From assembly GCA_050952645.1 (NCBI GenBank), contig JBMNLI010000013.1:1-22140 (forward strand): a stretch of 22,140 bases of DNA, written 5' to 3'. A model generated the notes under the pieces. The model ran no database searches and had not been told where the DNA came from. It worked only from the letters and a program-made list of their open reading frames with translations. Source of the stretch: Bdellovibrionota bacterium (GTDB lineage: Bacteria > Bdellovibrionota_C > UBA2361 > CAKMMH01). The position numbers and the translations under genes are program-made. Below are positions 1 to 8,430 of this stretch, piece by piece. Numbering within the stretch: position 1 is the first letter of the stretch; the number at the start of each line of letters is the position of its first letter.

Positions 1-130
1 TTTTTTAAATTTTAAAAAAATTTTAGTTCTTAAATATACAATTAAATGGTCGACATAAAACTATAAAAACTTAATAAATATAAACTTAATGGATAAAATC
101 AAACGATATTTGCCATAAACATTTCTTTCT

Positions 131-158
131 TTTACAAATTTAAGTACTTAGCTATACT
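131..158 (+). promoter_or_regulatory. Putative sigma70 promoter of glgP
   Basis: TTTACA (131-136), 16-nt spacer containing the palindrome TAAGTACTTA, then TATACT (153-158), about 90 bp upstream of the reconstructed glgP start. Confidence 0.4.
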
Positions 159-244
159 GTAAGTACGTTGTGAGCAAAAATTCATTCAAAAAAAAAATTC
201 TATAATTATATTTAAAAGTATTATATTAAAAAAGTTTTAAACGT

Positions 245-2786
245 ATGACCAGATAATCAAAAAACAGTTTTTCAAAAATACGTCGGTGCAACATCTAAAG
301 AATATTTCGACGAGATAGACAATACTACTAAAGTCGTTCAAGATGATCGTAGGGAGTTGACGGCTCAAGCCTTAAAAAAAGCGATAAAAAATCACCTTTT
401 ATATGAACAAGGAACGACGGTCGAAAAAGCATTAAAATTCGATTTCTACATGGGCACTCGCTTTAACTATAAAAGATAGGCTAATGCATAGATGGATACA
501 AACTAGAGAAGCACACTTTAAAAGTGACGCAAAGTTAGTATGCTACTTATCTGCCGAATTCTTAATAGGCAAACAATTACATAAAAATATTTTCAACATA
601 GGTTGCTGGGGAGAGGTTCAAGAGGCACTAGCAGATTTTAATTTAACCGCAGAAGAGCTTCTAGAGCTAGAAGCAGAACCAGCTCTAGGAAATGGAGGGC
701 TAGGAAGACTTGCCGCTTGTTTTATGGACTCGCTTTCAACGCTAGACATTCCAGCTATCGGCTACGGCATTACGTTATGAATATGGAATTTTCGAGCAAG
801 ATATTCAAAACGGATGGCAAGTTGAAAAAGCGGATAAGTGGCTTCGTTGGGGGAACCCTTGGGAACACGAAAGACCTAAACACGACAGTCGAGGTAAAAT
901 TTGGTGGCTACACGGAAGAAGTTACCGACCACAGAGGAAAAAAGAGGAAAAGATGGATCCCTTCTAGCTCAGTTTTAGGAACTCCTTACGATACGCTAGT
1001 AGCTGGATTTCAAACTGATAACGTAAATACTTTAAGACTTTGGAGTGCTAGAACGACTAAAGATTTCGATTTTTCAGTATTTAATCAAGGCGATTATTTT
1101 AAAGCCGTAGAAGAAAAAACTCGCTCCGAAAATATTTCAAAAGTGCTTTACCCGAACGATACGACTACGCAAGGAAAAGAGCTAAGATTAAAACAACAAT
1201 ACTTTTTTGTTTCTTGCTCACTGCAAGATATTATTAGAATTTATTCAAAAAAAGATAATGGGTTTAAACAGACTTTACGACCATATCTCAATCCAATTAA
1301 ACGACACTCACCCTGCCATAGCGGTTAGCGGAGCTTATGAGAATTCTAGTAGACTTATACGATTTCGAGTGGCACGTAGCTTGGGATATTACAGTAAAAA
1401 CTTGTGCCTACACAAACCACACTCTGCTAGTCGAGGCTTTAGAAAAATGGCCAGTTTCAATGTTTAAAGAACTGCTTCCAAGACACTTAGAAATAATTTA
1501 TGATATAAATTTTTATTTTATAGAAGATATAAAACGAAGATTCCCGAATGACCAAGAGAGAATCGCTAGAATGTCTTTAATAGAAGAAGGACAGGAAAAG
1601 CAAATAAGAATGGCACACTTAGCAACTATCGGAAGCCATGCTATAAATGGCGTTGCGAGATTGCATTCTGAGCTTATTAAAAAAGAACTTCTTTATGATT
1701 TCTATGAGATTTGGCCAGAAAGATTCCAAAATAAAACCAATGGCATCACTCCAAGACGCTGGATTATGCTTTCAAACCCTAAGCTAAGTTTTTTAATAAC
1801 TGAAAAAATAGGCAAAGGCTGGCTTACAGACTTAAATCAATTAAAAGAACTAGAAAATTTTATAAACGATGAAAGTTTTGTAAAAGAGTGGAGAAATATA
1901 AAGTTAGAAAATAAGAAAGATTTTAGTGCATATATTTACCACACTCACGGCGTTAAAGTAGATTACAACTCTATTTTTGATACTCAAGTAAAAAGGATAC
2001 ACGAATATAAAAGACAACTTTTAAACGTTCTTCATATCATTACACTTTACAATAGATTAAAAAGAAACCCTAACGCTGATATCGTACCCTAGAACGTTTA
2101 TTTTTGGTGGAAAGGCGGCTCCAGGGTATTTTATGGCGAAACTAGTTATAAAGCTTATAAACTCCGTTGCTGATGTAATAAACAGCGATAGAAGCATCGA
2201 TGATAAAATAAAAGTAGTTTTCTTAAAGAATTTTTCTGTAAGCATTGGTGAAAAAGTTTATCCAGCAACCGAGGTATCTGAGCAAATCTCTACTGCTGGC
2301 AAAGAAGCATCTGGCACTGGGAATATGAAGTTTGCTCTTAATGGTGCGCTTACTATCGGCACTTTAGATGGAGCTAATATTGAGATAAGAGAAGCGGTTT
2401 CTCCTGAAAACTTCTTTTTGTTCGGCTTAAATGTAGATGAAATAAACTCTTTAAGAAATAGTGGCTACTCCCCTATCGATTATTACAATGGCAATCAAGA
2501 GTTAAAAGAAACTATAGATAAAATAGCCTCTGGTTATTTCTCTTATGGAGACACGAACGTTTTTAAACCTCTAGTCGATTCGCTACTATACGAGGACACG
2601 TATTTTCTACTTGCAGATTTTGCTTCATACGTAAAAATGCAAGAGGAAGTGCAAAATACTTATAAAGACCAGGAAAAGTGGACTAAAATGTCTATTTTAA
2701 ACGTTGCAAGAATAGGTTATTTTTCTTCTGATAGAACCATAAAAGAATATTGCAATGATATTTGGAATGCTAAAAGTTATAAATAA
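245..2786 (+). CDS. glgP: Glycogen/starch/alpha-glucan phosphorylase (GT35), frameshifted as sequenced. Either sequencing errors (likely) or a recent pseudogene.
   Basis: Consecutive ORF fragments carry the motifs [25 protein letters not shown], (G)[71 protein letters not shown] and the PLP-lysine motif [10 protein letters not shown]. Removing one duplicated base at about 249, 452, 770, 878, 1260, 1325 and 2087 restores a single 844-aa frame. Confidence 0.93.
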
Positions 2787-2881
2787 CATAAAAAAATATA
2801 ATATAAAAAAATTAACGAAAAGCTGATAACTAAAACTCCGTTTTGCATATAGCTTAAATTTATTTTAAAAATATTATTCTT

Positions 2882-2890
2882 TGGTATACT
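2882..2890 (+). promoter_or_regulatory. Putative extended -10 element upstream of malQ
   Basis: TG-G-TATACT about 135 bp upstream of the malQ ATG, with no good -35. Confidence 0.3.
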
Positions 2891-3024
2891 TGTAAGTTGT
2901 ATATTGAGGTTATTTTACATAGAAATTTTATTCTAGCATATTTAGAATATTTCATAGAAAGATTTTTTTATAATACTCTATATAAAGACTTCTTATTTAT
3001 ATTTATTTAAGTATTTAAAGCAAA

Positions 3025-5391
3025 ATGTCATCACTAATTACTCCCTATTTTTTTACGGATAAATTAAGAAAACTTAGTCGCCTATATGGTATATGGACGG
3101 AGTATACCGATTTTCAAAAGAAGAAAAAGGTTGCTACTAACGAAGAACTTATGGCGATTTTAAAATCGATGGGAGTAAAAGTAGAAAATTTAAAGCAAGT
3201 AGAAATCGCAATTTTAAAATATAAGTTAAAAAATGCGAAAAAACACGTAGAGAGCGTTTACGTATTTAATGAAACCGAAAAAGAATTGCAAATAAATGTA
3301 AATACGTCTGAAGAAGACGATTGGCAAAATCTTACGTGGAATATAATTTATGAAAATGGAAATTCTTTTTCTCATAAACTAAAAAGAGAAGAACTAAAAA
3401 TACAAAAAGAAATTACCATCAACAATAAACGATACACTACTTATAAATTTTTGTTATCCGAAAGAGTCCCTCTTGGTTATCATAAATTAGAGATAACCAC
3501 TGAAACTTTTAAATGTGCTACAAAAATTATAATGACGCCAAAGGCTTGTTATGTACCTCCATGCTTTGAAAATAAAAGTTTTGAAAAAGAAAAAAATGAA
3601 AGAAAGCTTTGGGGGATAAGCACCCAGTTATACTCGCTTCGCTCTTATTGGAATTGGGGTATAGGAGATTTTAGCGATTTAAAGAAAGTTATAGATATAG
3701 CAGCGACATTAGGCGCTAGTCTAGTTGGAATAAATCCTCTTCACGCTATTTCTCCTTACGATATTAGGGGAGAAAGCCCGTATTATCCGACTAGTAGAAG
3801 CACACTAGAATATTTATATATCGATTTAGGCATTACTAGAGAGTATAAAGATAGTCCTAAAATACAGGAAGAAATTTTAAAAGAGGACTTTCAAAAAGAA
3901 TTAAAGTCTTTGCAATGCGCAGATTTAGTCGATTATAAAAAAGTTAAAAATTTAAAGTTAAAAGTTTTAAAATTACTTTTCGATGTTTTTAAAAATAATC
4001 ATCTAAATAAAGGGACGAAAAGAGAAAGGGAGTTTTTTAATTTTTGCGAAAACAACATTGGAGCTTTTACTTTTGCATTATTTGAAAGCCTGCAAGACTA
4101 TATGCAAAATAAAAAAGATAATAAAGAAGTAAATAGCGATGCAAAAAGAGACGAAGAAAAAGAAAACGAGAACACTGAAAAAGGAAACGATAACACAGAA
4201 AACGAGAACACGAGAAAAAGCTCGTTTGGATTTTTAAATTGGAGTAAAGAATATAAGAACCCCTACTCTAAAGAGGTAAGAGATTTTATAAAAACACACA
4301 ACGATGAGATAAGTTTTTATCTTTATATTCAATTTTTAGCTCATGAACAATTGATTTTAGCTTCAAAAGAGGCAAAAGAAAAAAATTTAGAGTTAGGAAT
4401 ATACTTAGATTTAGCGCTAGGAGCTAGAAAAGATGGCGCCGAGGCTTGGGCAAACCAAGATATTATTCCACAAAATATAAATATTGGCGCTCCACCAGAT
4501 GATTTTTACAACACTGAGGGACAAGATTGGAATGTCGGTTGTTTCGACCCTAATAAATTAAGAGACAAAGCTTATGAGCCTTATATCCATATTTTACAAA
4601 GCCAGATGAAGTATGCAGACGTGTTAAGGATAGATCATGTGATGTCGCTAATGAGGCTCTATTGGATTCCTAAGGAAATGGGCGCTAAAAATGGAGTTTA
4701 CGTAGCTTATCCGTTAGATGATTTAATGGGAATCATCGCATTAGAAAGCCATAGAAATAAATGTTTGATTATCGGGGAAGATTTAGGATTAGTCCCTGAT
4801 AAGATTAGAAAAGTGATGAAAGAAAAATTTATGCTTTCATATAAAGTTTTAATATTTGAAAAAAACGGCGATGAAGAATGTGTAGACCTGAAAGATTATA
4901 ATGAAAATAGTAAAGAAGAATTTAAAGCTCCTAAAGATTATGAAAAAAATGCCTTAGTAGTTACGTCCGTTCACGACACTCCACCACTTAAAGGCTTTTG
5001 GTATGCTAAAGATATTGAAACTAGAATAAAAATCGGTCATTTAAATAATAAAGTAGCAGATAAGTTTTTTATGCAAAGACGAAAAGAGAGAGAAGCGTTA
5101 AGTGTAGCACTAAAAAAAGAAAATATATTTTTACCTGAAAAATATATAAATGGCGAATTTACAAAAGAGGTAAATATAGCGCTTCATAAATTTGTAGCTA
5201 AAACGCCTTGTAAAGTGATGCTTACTACTATAGATGATTTAATGGCAAGCGAGACTCAAATGAATCTTCCTGCGACCTACACTGAGTATCCAAATTGGAG
5301 AAGCAGACTTAAAATTCCACTAGAAGAGGTTTTTGATAAAACAAATATCGTAGAAATAGCTAATGCTATAAAAGAAGAAAATAGAGGCTAA
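3025..5391 (+). CDS. malQ: 4-alpha-glucanotransferase (amylomaltase, GH77)
   Basis: WGISTQLYSLRS..NWGIGDFSDL, GINPLHA, SPYYPTSR, LGIYLDLALG, GAPPDDF..GQDW, catalytic RIDH / GEDLG / HDT, QMNLP...YPNWR. Adjacent to glgP. Confidence 0.96.
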   Translation: MSSLITPYFFTDKLRKLSRLYGIWTEYTDFQKKKKVATNEELMAILKSMGVKVENLKQVEIAILKYKLKNAKKHVESVYVFNETEKELQINVNTSEEDDWQNLTWNIIYENGNSFSHKLKREELKIQKEITINNKRYTTYKFLLSERVPLGYHKLEITTETFKCATKIIMTPKACYVPPCFENKSFEKEKNERKLWGISTQLYSLRSYWNWGIGDFSDLKKVIDIAATLGASLVGINPLHAISPYDIRGESPYYPTSRSTLEYLYIDLGITREYKDSPKIQEEILKEDFQKELKSLQCADLVDYKKVKNLKLKVLKLLFDVFKNNHLNKGTKREREFFNFCENNIGAFTFALFESLQDYMQNKKDNKEVNSDAKRDEEKENENTEKGNDNTENENTRKSSFGFLNWSKEYKNPYSKEVRDFIKTHNDEISFYLYIQFLAHEQLILASKEAKEKNLELGIYLDLALGARKDGAEAWANQDIIPQNINIGAPPDDFYNTEGQDWNVGCFDPNKLRDKAYEPYIHILQSQMKYADVLRIDHVMSLMRLYWIPKEMGAKNGVYVAYPLDDLMGIIALESHRNKCLIIGEDLGLVPDKIRKVMKEKFMLSYKVLIFEKNGDEECVDLKDYNENSKEEFKAPKDYEKNALVVTSVHDTPPLKGFWYAKDIETRIKIGHLNNKVADKFFMQRRKEREALSVALKKENIFLPEKYINGEFTKEVNIALHKFVAKTPCKVMLTTIDDLMASETQMNLPATYTEYPNWRSRLKIPLEEVFDKTNIVEIANAIKEENRG

Positions 5392-5396
5392 ATTGC

Positions 5397-5440
5397 AGTC
5401 TTATAATTTATAGTCTTATAATTTATAGTCTTATAATTTA
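5397..5440. repeat. 15-bp tandem repeat, about 3 copies (AGTCTTATAATTTAT)
   Basis: Copies start at 5397, 5412 and 5427, just after the malQ stop, followed by degenerate copies. Confidence 0.9.
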
Positions 5441-5648
5441 CTGTTAAAATTTATAGCGATTAAATTTATAAAAGTTTATTTTTTTTACCTTTTACTTTTC
5501 TCTCTTAATTTTATACTCCATTGAAATATTATTTTAAAAATTATAAACTTTTTAAAAAGAAGGTAGCTTTTTCTAAGCACTAGAAATAAACACTAGAATA
5601 AAGTAAAATACTAGATAAAAAAAACTAAGCAAAAATAAGGTAGAAAGT

Positions 5649-6899
5649 ATGAACGATATTGAAAACGCTAATAAAGAAACTAACAAAGAAACTAACGAGG
5701 AAACTAACGAGGAAGCTAATAAAGAAATAAGCAAAGAAATAAATAATGAAACAGATAATAAAAATATCAAATTAGCGGTAGAAAAAGAAAATTATATTTT
5801 AGACTTTATAAAGGCTATGCCCGACTTAATAGCTATTGAAACTTTAAAGAAAAGTTATCGCATTACGTCACAAGGTTTATTTGTAGAGCTTCAAGAAACT
5901 GAAAATTTTATATCTCTATTTTCTAAAACTACTAATACTCCTAAGGAAAAGCTTAAAAAAAATCTTTTTAAAGATAAGATAGCGCCAATTTATTATTTAT
6001 TAGAGGGGAAGAATTGTTTAACTGGGCGTCTCGTAAGTATTACCATTAAAAACCCACAGCAATTTAAGCTACCTTATTATTTAGGCTCTCTTACAGATGC
6101 TAAAACTTACCTACATCCCCACGACCTAGAACTACAAAGCGTAAGTGGTTTAACGATTTTAGGAAATGATATTAAATTTAAGAAAGGCAATTTTGAATAT
6201 ACCATTACTCAAGATCTTTTAAAAAGATTTAATCATTTTATAGGCTTTTCTCCTATTATAATTAAAAGATTTCCTAGTGCTACTATGCAGCTAAAGCAAA
6301 CTTTGAGAGCTTTTATAATTCTTTTTAAGAAAGCACACTATATTCATAATACTAACAATATGTTGATACCTGAAAAATATATTTCTGATAAGTCGCAGAA
6401 ATATGCGGTGCAAGGCTCATTAGTTTTTGTATTTAATAAAGAAAATAAAATTATAGATTTTTATGAAACTAAGGGAAAAAACCTTTATCATTTTATGAGA
6501 AAAGAGTTTGAAAAGATAAAGCCAACTTATTTATCGGAAAAAACCGGCACTTTTAAACCGTATTTAGCAAGCAATAAATTTTTGGGAATGTATACTTTAA
6601 ATGGCAAAAATATTTCCTTAAATCCATTTGCTTTTTTTAGTTTTTTAGAGCAAGCACCTACGATGAAGAGCATGGAAGTTTATTTTAAGAATGCCTACAC
6701 TACGCAAAAAGCTTTCGAGGTGTTTTCTTATTTTTTTATAAACTCGTCTCCTATCGATGCTAAAAATATAAGAAATTATATTGAAAAATTAGGCAAATAC
6801 GCTAAGAAATATTTTATTAACCAGCAATGGATATTTGGTATCGACAAAAAACAAACCTTGACCGTCTGCATAGCAAAAGGCTTTAAAAAATCTTATTAA
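5649..6899 (+). CDS. Hypothetical protein (416 aa) with an N-terminal 4-aa repeat tract and two possibly related C-terminal domains
   Basis: Long ORF with AAGGT RBS-like sequence upstream. The N-terminus NKET/NEET/NKEI repeats are encoded by 12-bp units. No family confidently recognised. Confidence 0.8.
   Translation: MNDIENANKETNKETNEETNEEANKEISKEINNETDNKNIKLAVEKENYILDFIKAMPDLIAIETLKKSYRITSQGLFVELQETENFISLFSKTTNTPKEKLKKNLFKDKIAPIYYLLEGKNCLTGRLVSITIKNPQQFKLPYYLGSLTDAKTYLHPHDLELQSVSGLTILGNDIKFKKGNFEYTITQDLLKRFNHFIGFSPIIIKRFPSATMQLKQTLRAFIILFKKAHYIHNTNNMLIPEKYISDKSQKYAVQGSLVFVFNKENKIIDFYETKGKNLYHFMRKEFEKIKPTYLSEKTGTFKPYLASNKFLGMYTLNGKNISLNPFAFFSFLEQAPTMKSMEVYFKNAYTTQKAFEVFSYFFINSSPIDAKNIRNYIEKLGKYAKKYFINQQWIFGIDKKQTLTVCIAKGFKKSY
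5671..5760 (+). repeat. Degenerate 12-bp in-frame tandem repeat (GAAACTAACGAG-like)
   Basis: About 7 units encoding ANKE-TNKE-TNEE-TNEE-ANKE-ISKE-INNE. Confidence 0.85.
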
Positions 6900-6929
6900 A
6901 ACTAGAAACGGCTATTAAAAAAACAAAAT

Positions 6930-6958
6930 TTGATTAAGGCTAGCACAGTTCCTAACAT
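6930..6958 (+). promoter_or_regulatory. Putative sigma70 promoter of the 387-aa helical protein gene
   Basis: TTGATT, 17-nt spacer, TAACAT. The -35 context ATTTGATTAAG is identical to that upstream of the paralog at 8431. Confidence 0.5.
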
Positions 6959-6973
6959 AATAGAAAGATATGC

Positions 6974-7017
6974 TTAATGGCTGTTAATGGCTATTAATGG
7001 CAATTGTTAATGGCAAT
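6974..7017. repeat. 10-bp tandem repeat (TTAATGGCNN), 4 copies
   Basis: ttaatggctg ttaatggcta ttaatggcaa ttg ttaatggcaa. Confidence 0.85.
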
Positions 7018-7046
7018 GTAAACTTTTTTAAAGGGAATATAATATA

Positions 7047-8210
7047 ATGCAATTTAGCGAGCAAAGTGATAATGGGCAAAGGAATAAATTTCAAGTAGTG
7101 CCTCTAGAAGAAGCAAGAGGCGAAAGAAGAGAAATTAAGATAAATCCATCAACCCCATTTAGAGGAGGTAGAGAAGATTTTTCAAAGAGTTCTATTAGCA
7201 CAGATCTTTCAGAAATAGCATCAAATTTTTTACGATTCGCTAAAGATTGCTATAATAAAAAAATTTTTCATGTGGCTTACGAACAGTTTAAGCAAACGTT
7301 TATACTTATAGCTAGGAAAGAAAATAAATCTAAAGAAGATATTAAAAACTTAGTAAATATTGCAAAATATATAGCCAACTGCCTTTGGCAACAAAAAAAA
7401 TATGCCCTAGGAGTAGAAGAACTAAAAGAGGAAATGGCAACTTTAAATAAGCTTCCGATAAATGGAGAAGATAAAGTAGGTTTATTACTTTGTGCTATAA
7501 AATTTTGCCAAGAAGCATTAAGCAACCTTAGTGAAATAGAAAGCGGCAAATACGCTCAAAAGAAATCTAAAAAAGCTATTGTAAAAACGGCTTATCATTT
7601 TATATCTTTATTAAAACAAGCTAAGTTAGATTCTAATCAAGACTTTAAAACTATTGAAGAGAACTTGCCTCCGATAACTGGGAATAACATTAATAACGAT
7701 AATTTAGTAAAACAAGCTAAGGAAATAAATGAAATTAGTATAAAAACGCTTCGAGCGTTGCAAAAAATATACATAAGCACCCCTAAAGCATACTTATCTT
7801 ATTTAGAATTGCATTCTAGCTATAACGAATATAGCGAAAGGTTTAATATAGTAGAGGATTATCAAAAGACTAAACTATTACTTGAAAAGTATTTTAATTT
7901 ATATAAAAACGAAGATGAAGAAAATAAAGTGCAATACAGAAAAGCTCATTTTGATATAGCAGGAAGATACGTTTTGGCGTATGTTAAATATTTTTTAAAG
8001 GAGCCCAACTACAATAAGGCTTTCCAAGCGACAGAATTATTAGATGGTTTTGATGAAGATTTGCTGTATTTAATAGCAAGAAAGGAAATTTATGAGAATT
8101 TGCGCAATGTTTTTGAAGAGAATAAATCTCCGTGGGTATTTGTTAAGGCATATAAAAAACTAGAACAAATAATAGCTAAAATAGATAGCTTTAACAGCGA
8201 AAATAAGTGA
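7047..8210 (+). CDS. Hypothetical all-helical, TPR-like protein (387 aa), paralog of 8431..10383
   Basis: AAAGGGA RBS. A polar N-terminal ~50 aa is followed by amphipathic helices that align with the next gene (KSKEDIKNL/KSSEDIRKL, IANC/IADC, LNKLPINGEDKVGLLLCAI/LNNLPLKNEDKIELLILAI, EAL). Confidence 0.8.
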   Translation: MQFSEQSDNGQRNKFQVVPLEEARGERREIKINPSTPFRGGREDFSKSSISTDLSEIASNFLRFAKDCYNKKIFHVAYEQFKQTFILIARKENKSKEDIKNLVNIAKYIANCLWQQKKYALGVEELKEEMATLNKLPINGEDKVGLLLCAIKFCQEALSNLSEIESGKYAQKKSKKAIVKTAYHFISLLKQAKLDSNQDFKTIEENLPPITGNNINNDNLVKQAKEINEISIKTLRALQKIYISTPKAYLSYLELHSSYNEYSERFNIVEDYQKTKLLLEKYFNLYKNEDEENKVQYRKAHFDIAGRYVLAYVKYFLKEPNYNKAFQATELLDGFDEDLLYLIARKEIYENLRNVFEENKSPWVFVKAYKKLEQIIAKIDSFNSENK

Positions 8211-8234
8211 AATTATACTCCTAATAAATCGGGG

Positions 8235-8306
8235 GCAAAACTACATTTACCCTCTAATTTACAAAGCGAAACTACATTTGATTAAGAGGGATAATCTATA
8301 TATAAT
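8235..8306 (+). promoter_or_regulatory. Sigma70 promoter with an upstream 14-bp direct repeat (putative regulator site)
   Basis: TTGATT (8278-8283), 17-nt spacer, TATAAT (8301-8306). GC[A/G]AAACTACATTT occurs at 8235 and 8266. Confidence 0.6.
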
Positions 8307-8430
8307 AAGAAGCGTATTTGTCTTAATACTTATATAAATATACTTATTACAATTCTTACACCTAAACTATTTCAAACTAGAGTTCAAATAAGGAGATATT
8401 TTTAAAACTTTTACTTAGTAGGAAATTTTT

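Noticed and set aside
245..2092. Programmed frameshifting or RNA editing of glgP
   Set aside because: Seven sites with no shared slippery motif or downstream structure; sequencing error is far simpler.
2057..2245. 62-aa minus-strand ORF
   Set aside because: Antisense shadow of conserved glgP sequence.
484..2786. Five separate + strand ORFs (98, 203, 86, 251 and 217 aa)
   Set aside because: They are consecutive fragments of one glgP reading frame, not independent genes.
5573..5770. 65-aa hydrophobic minus-strand ORF resembling a membrane peptide or toxin
   Set aside because: It is the reverse complement of the A-rich 12-bp repeats at the start of the 416-aa gene, which explains the Leu/Ser/Val periodicity.
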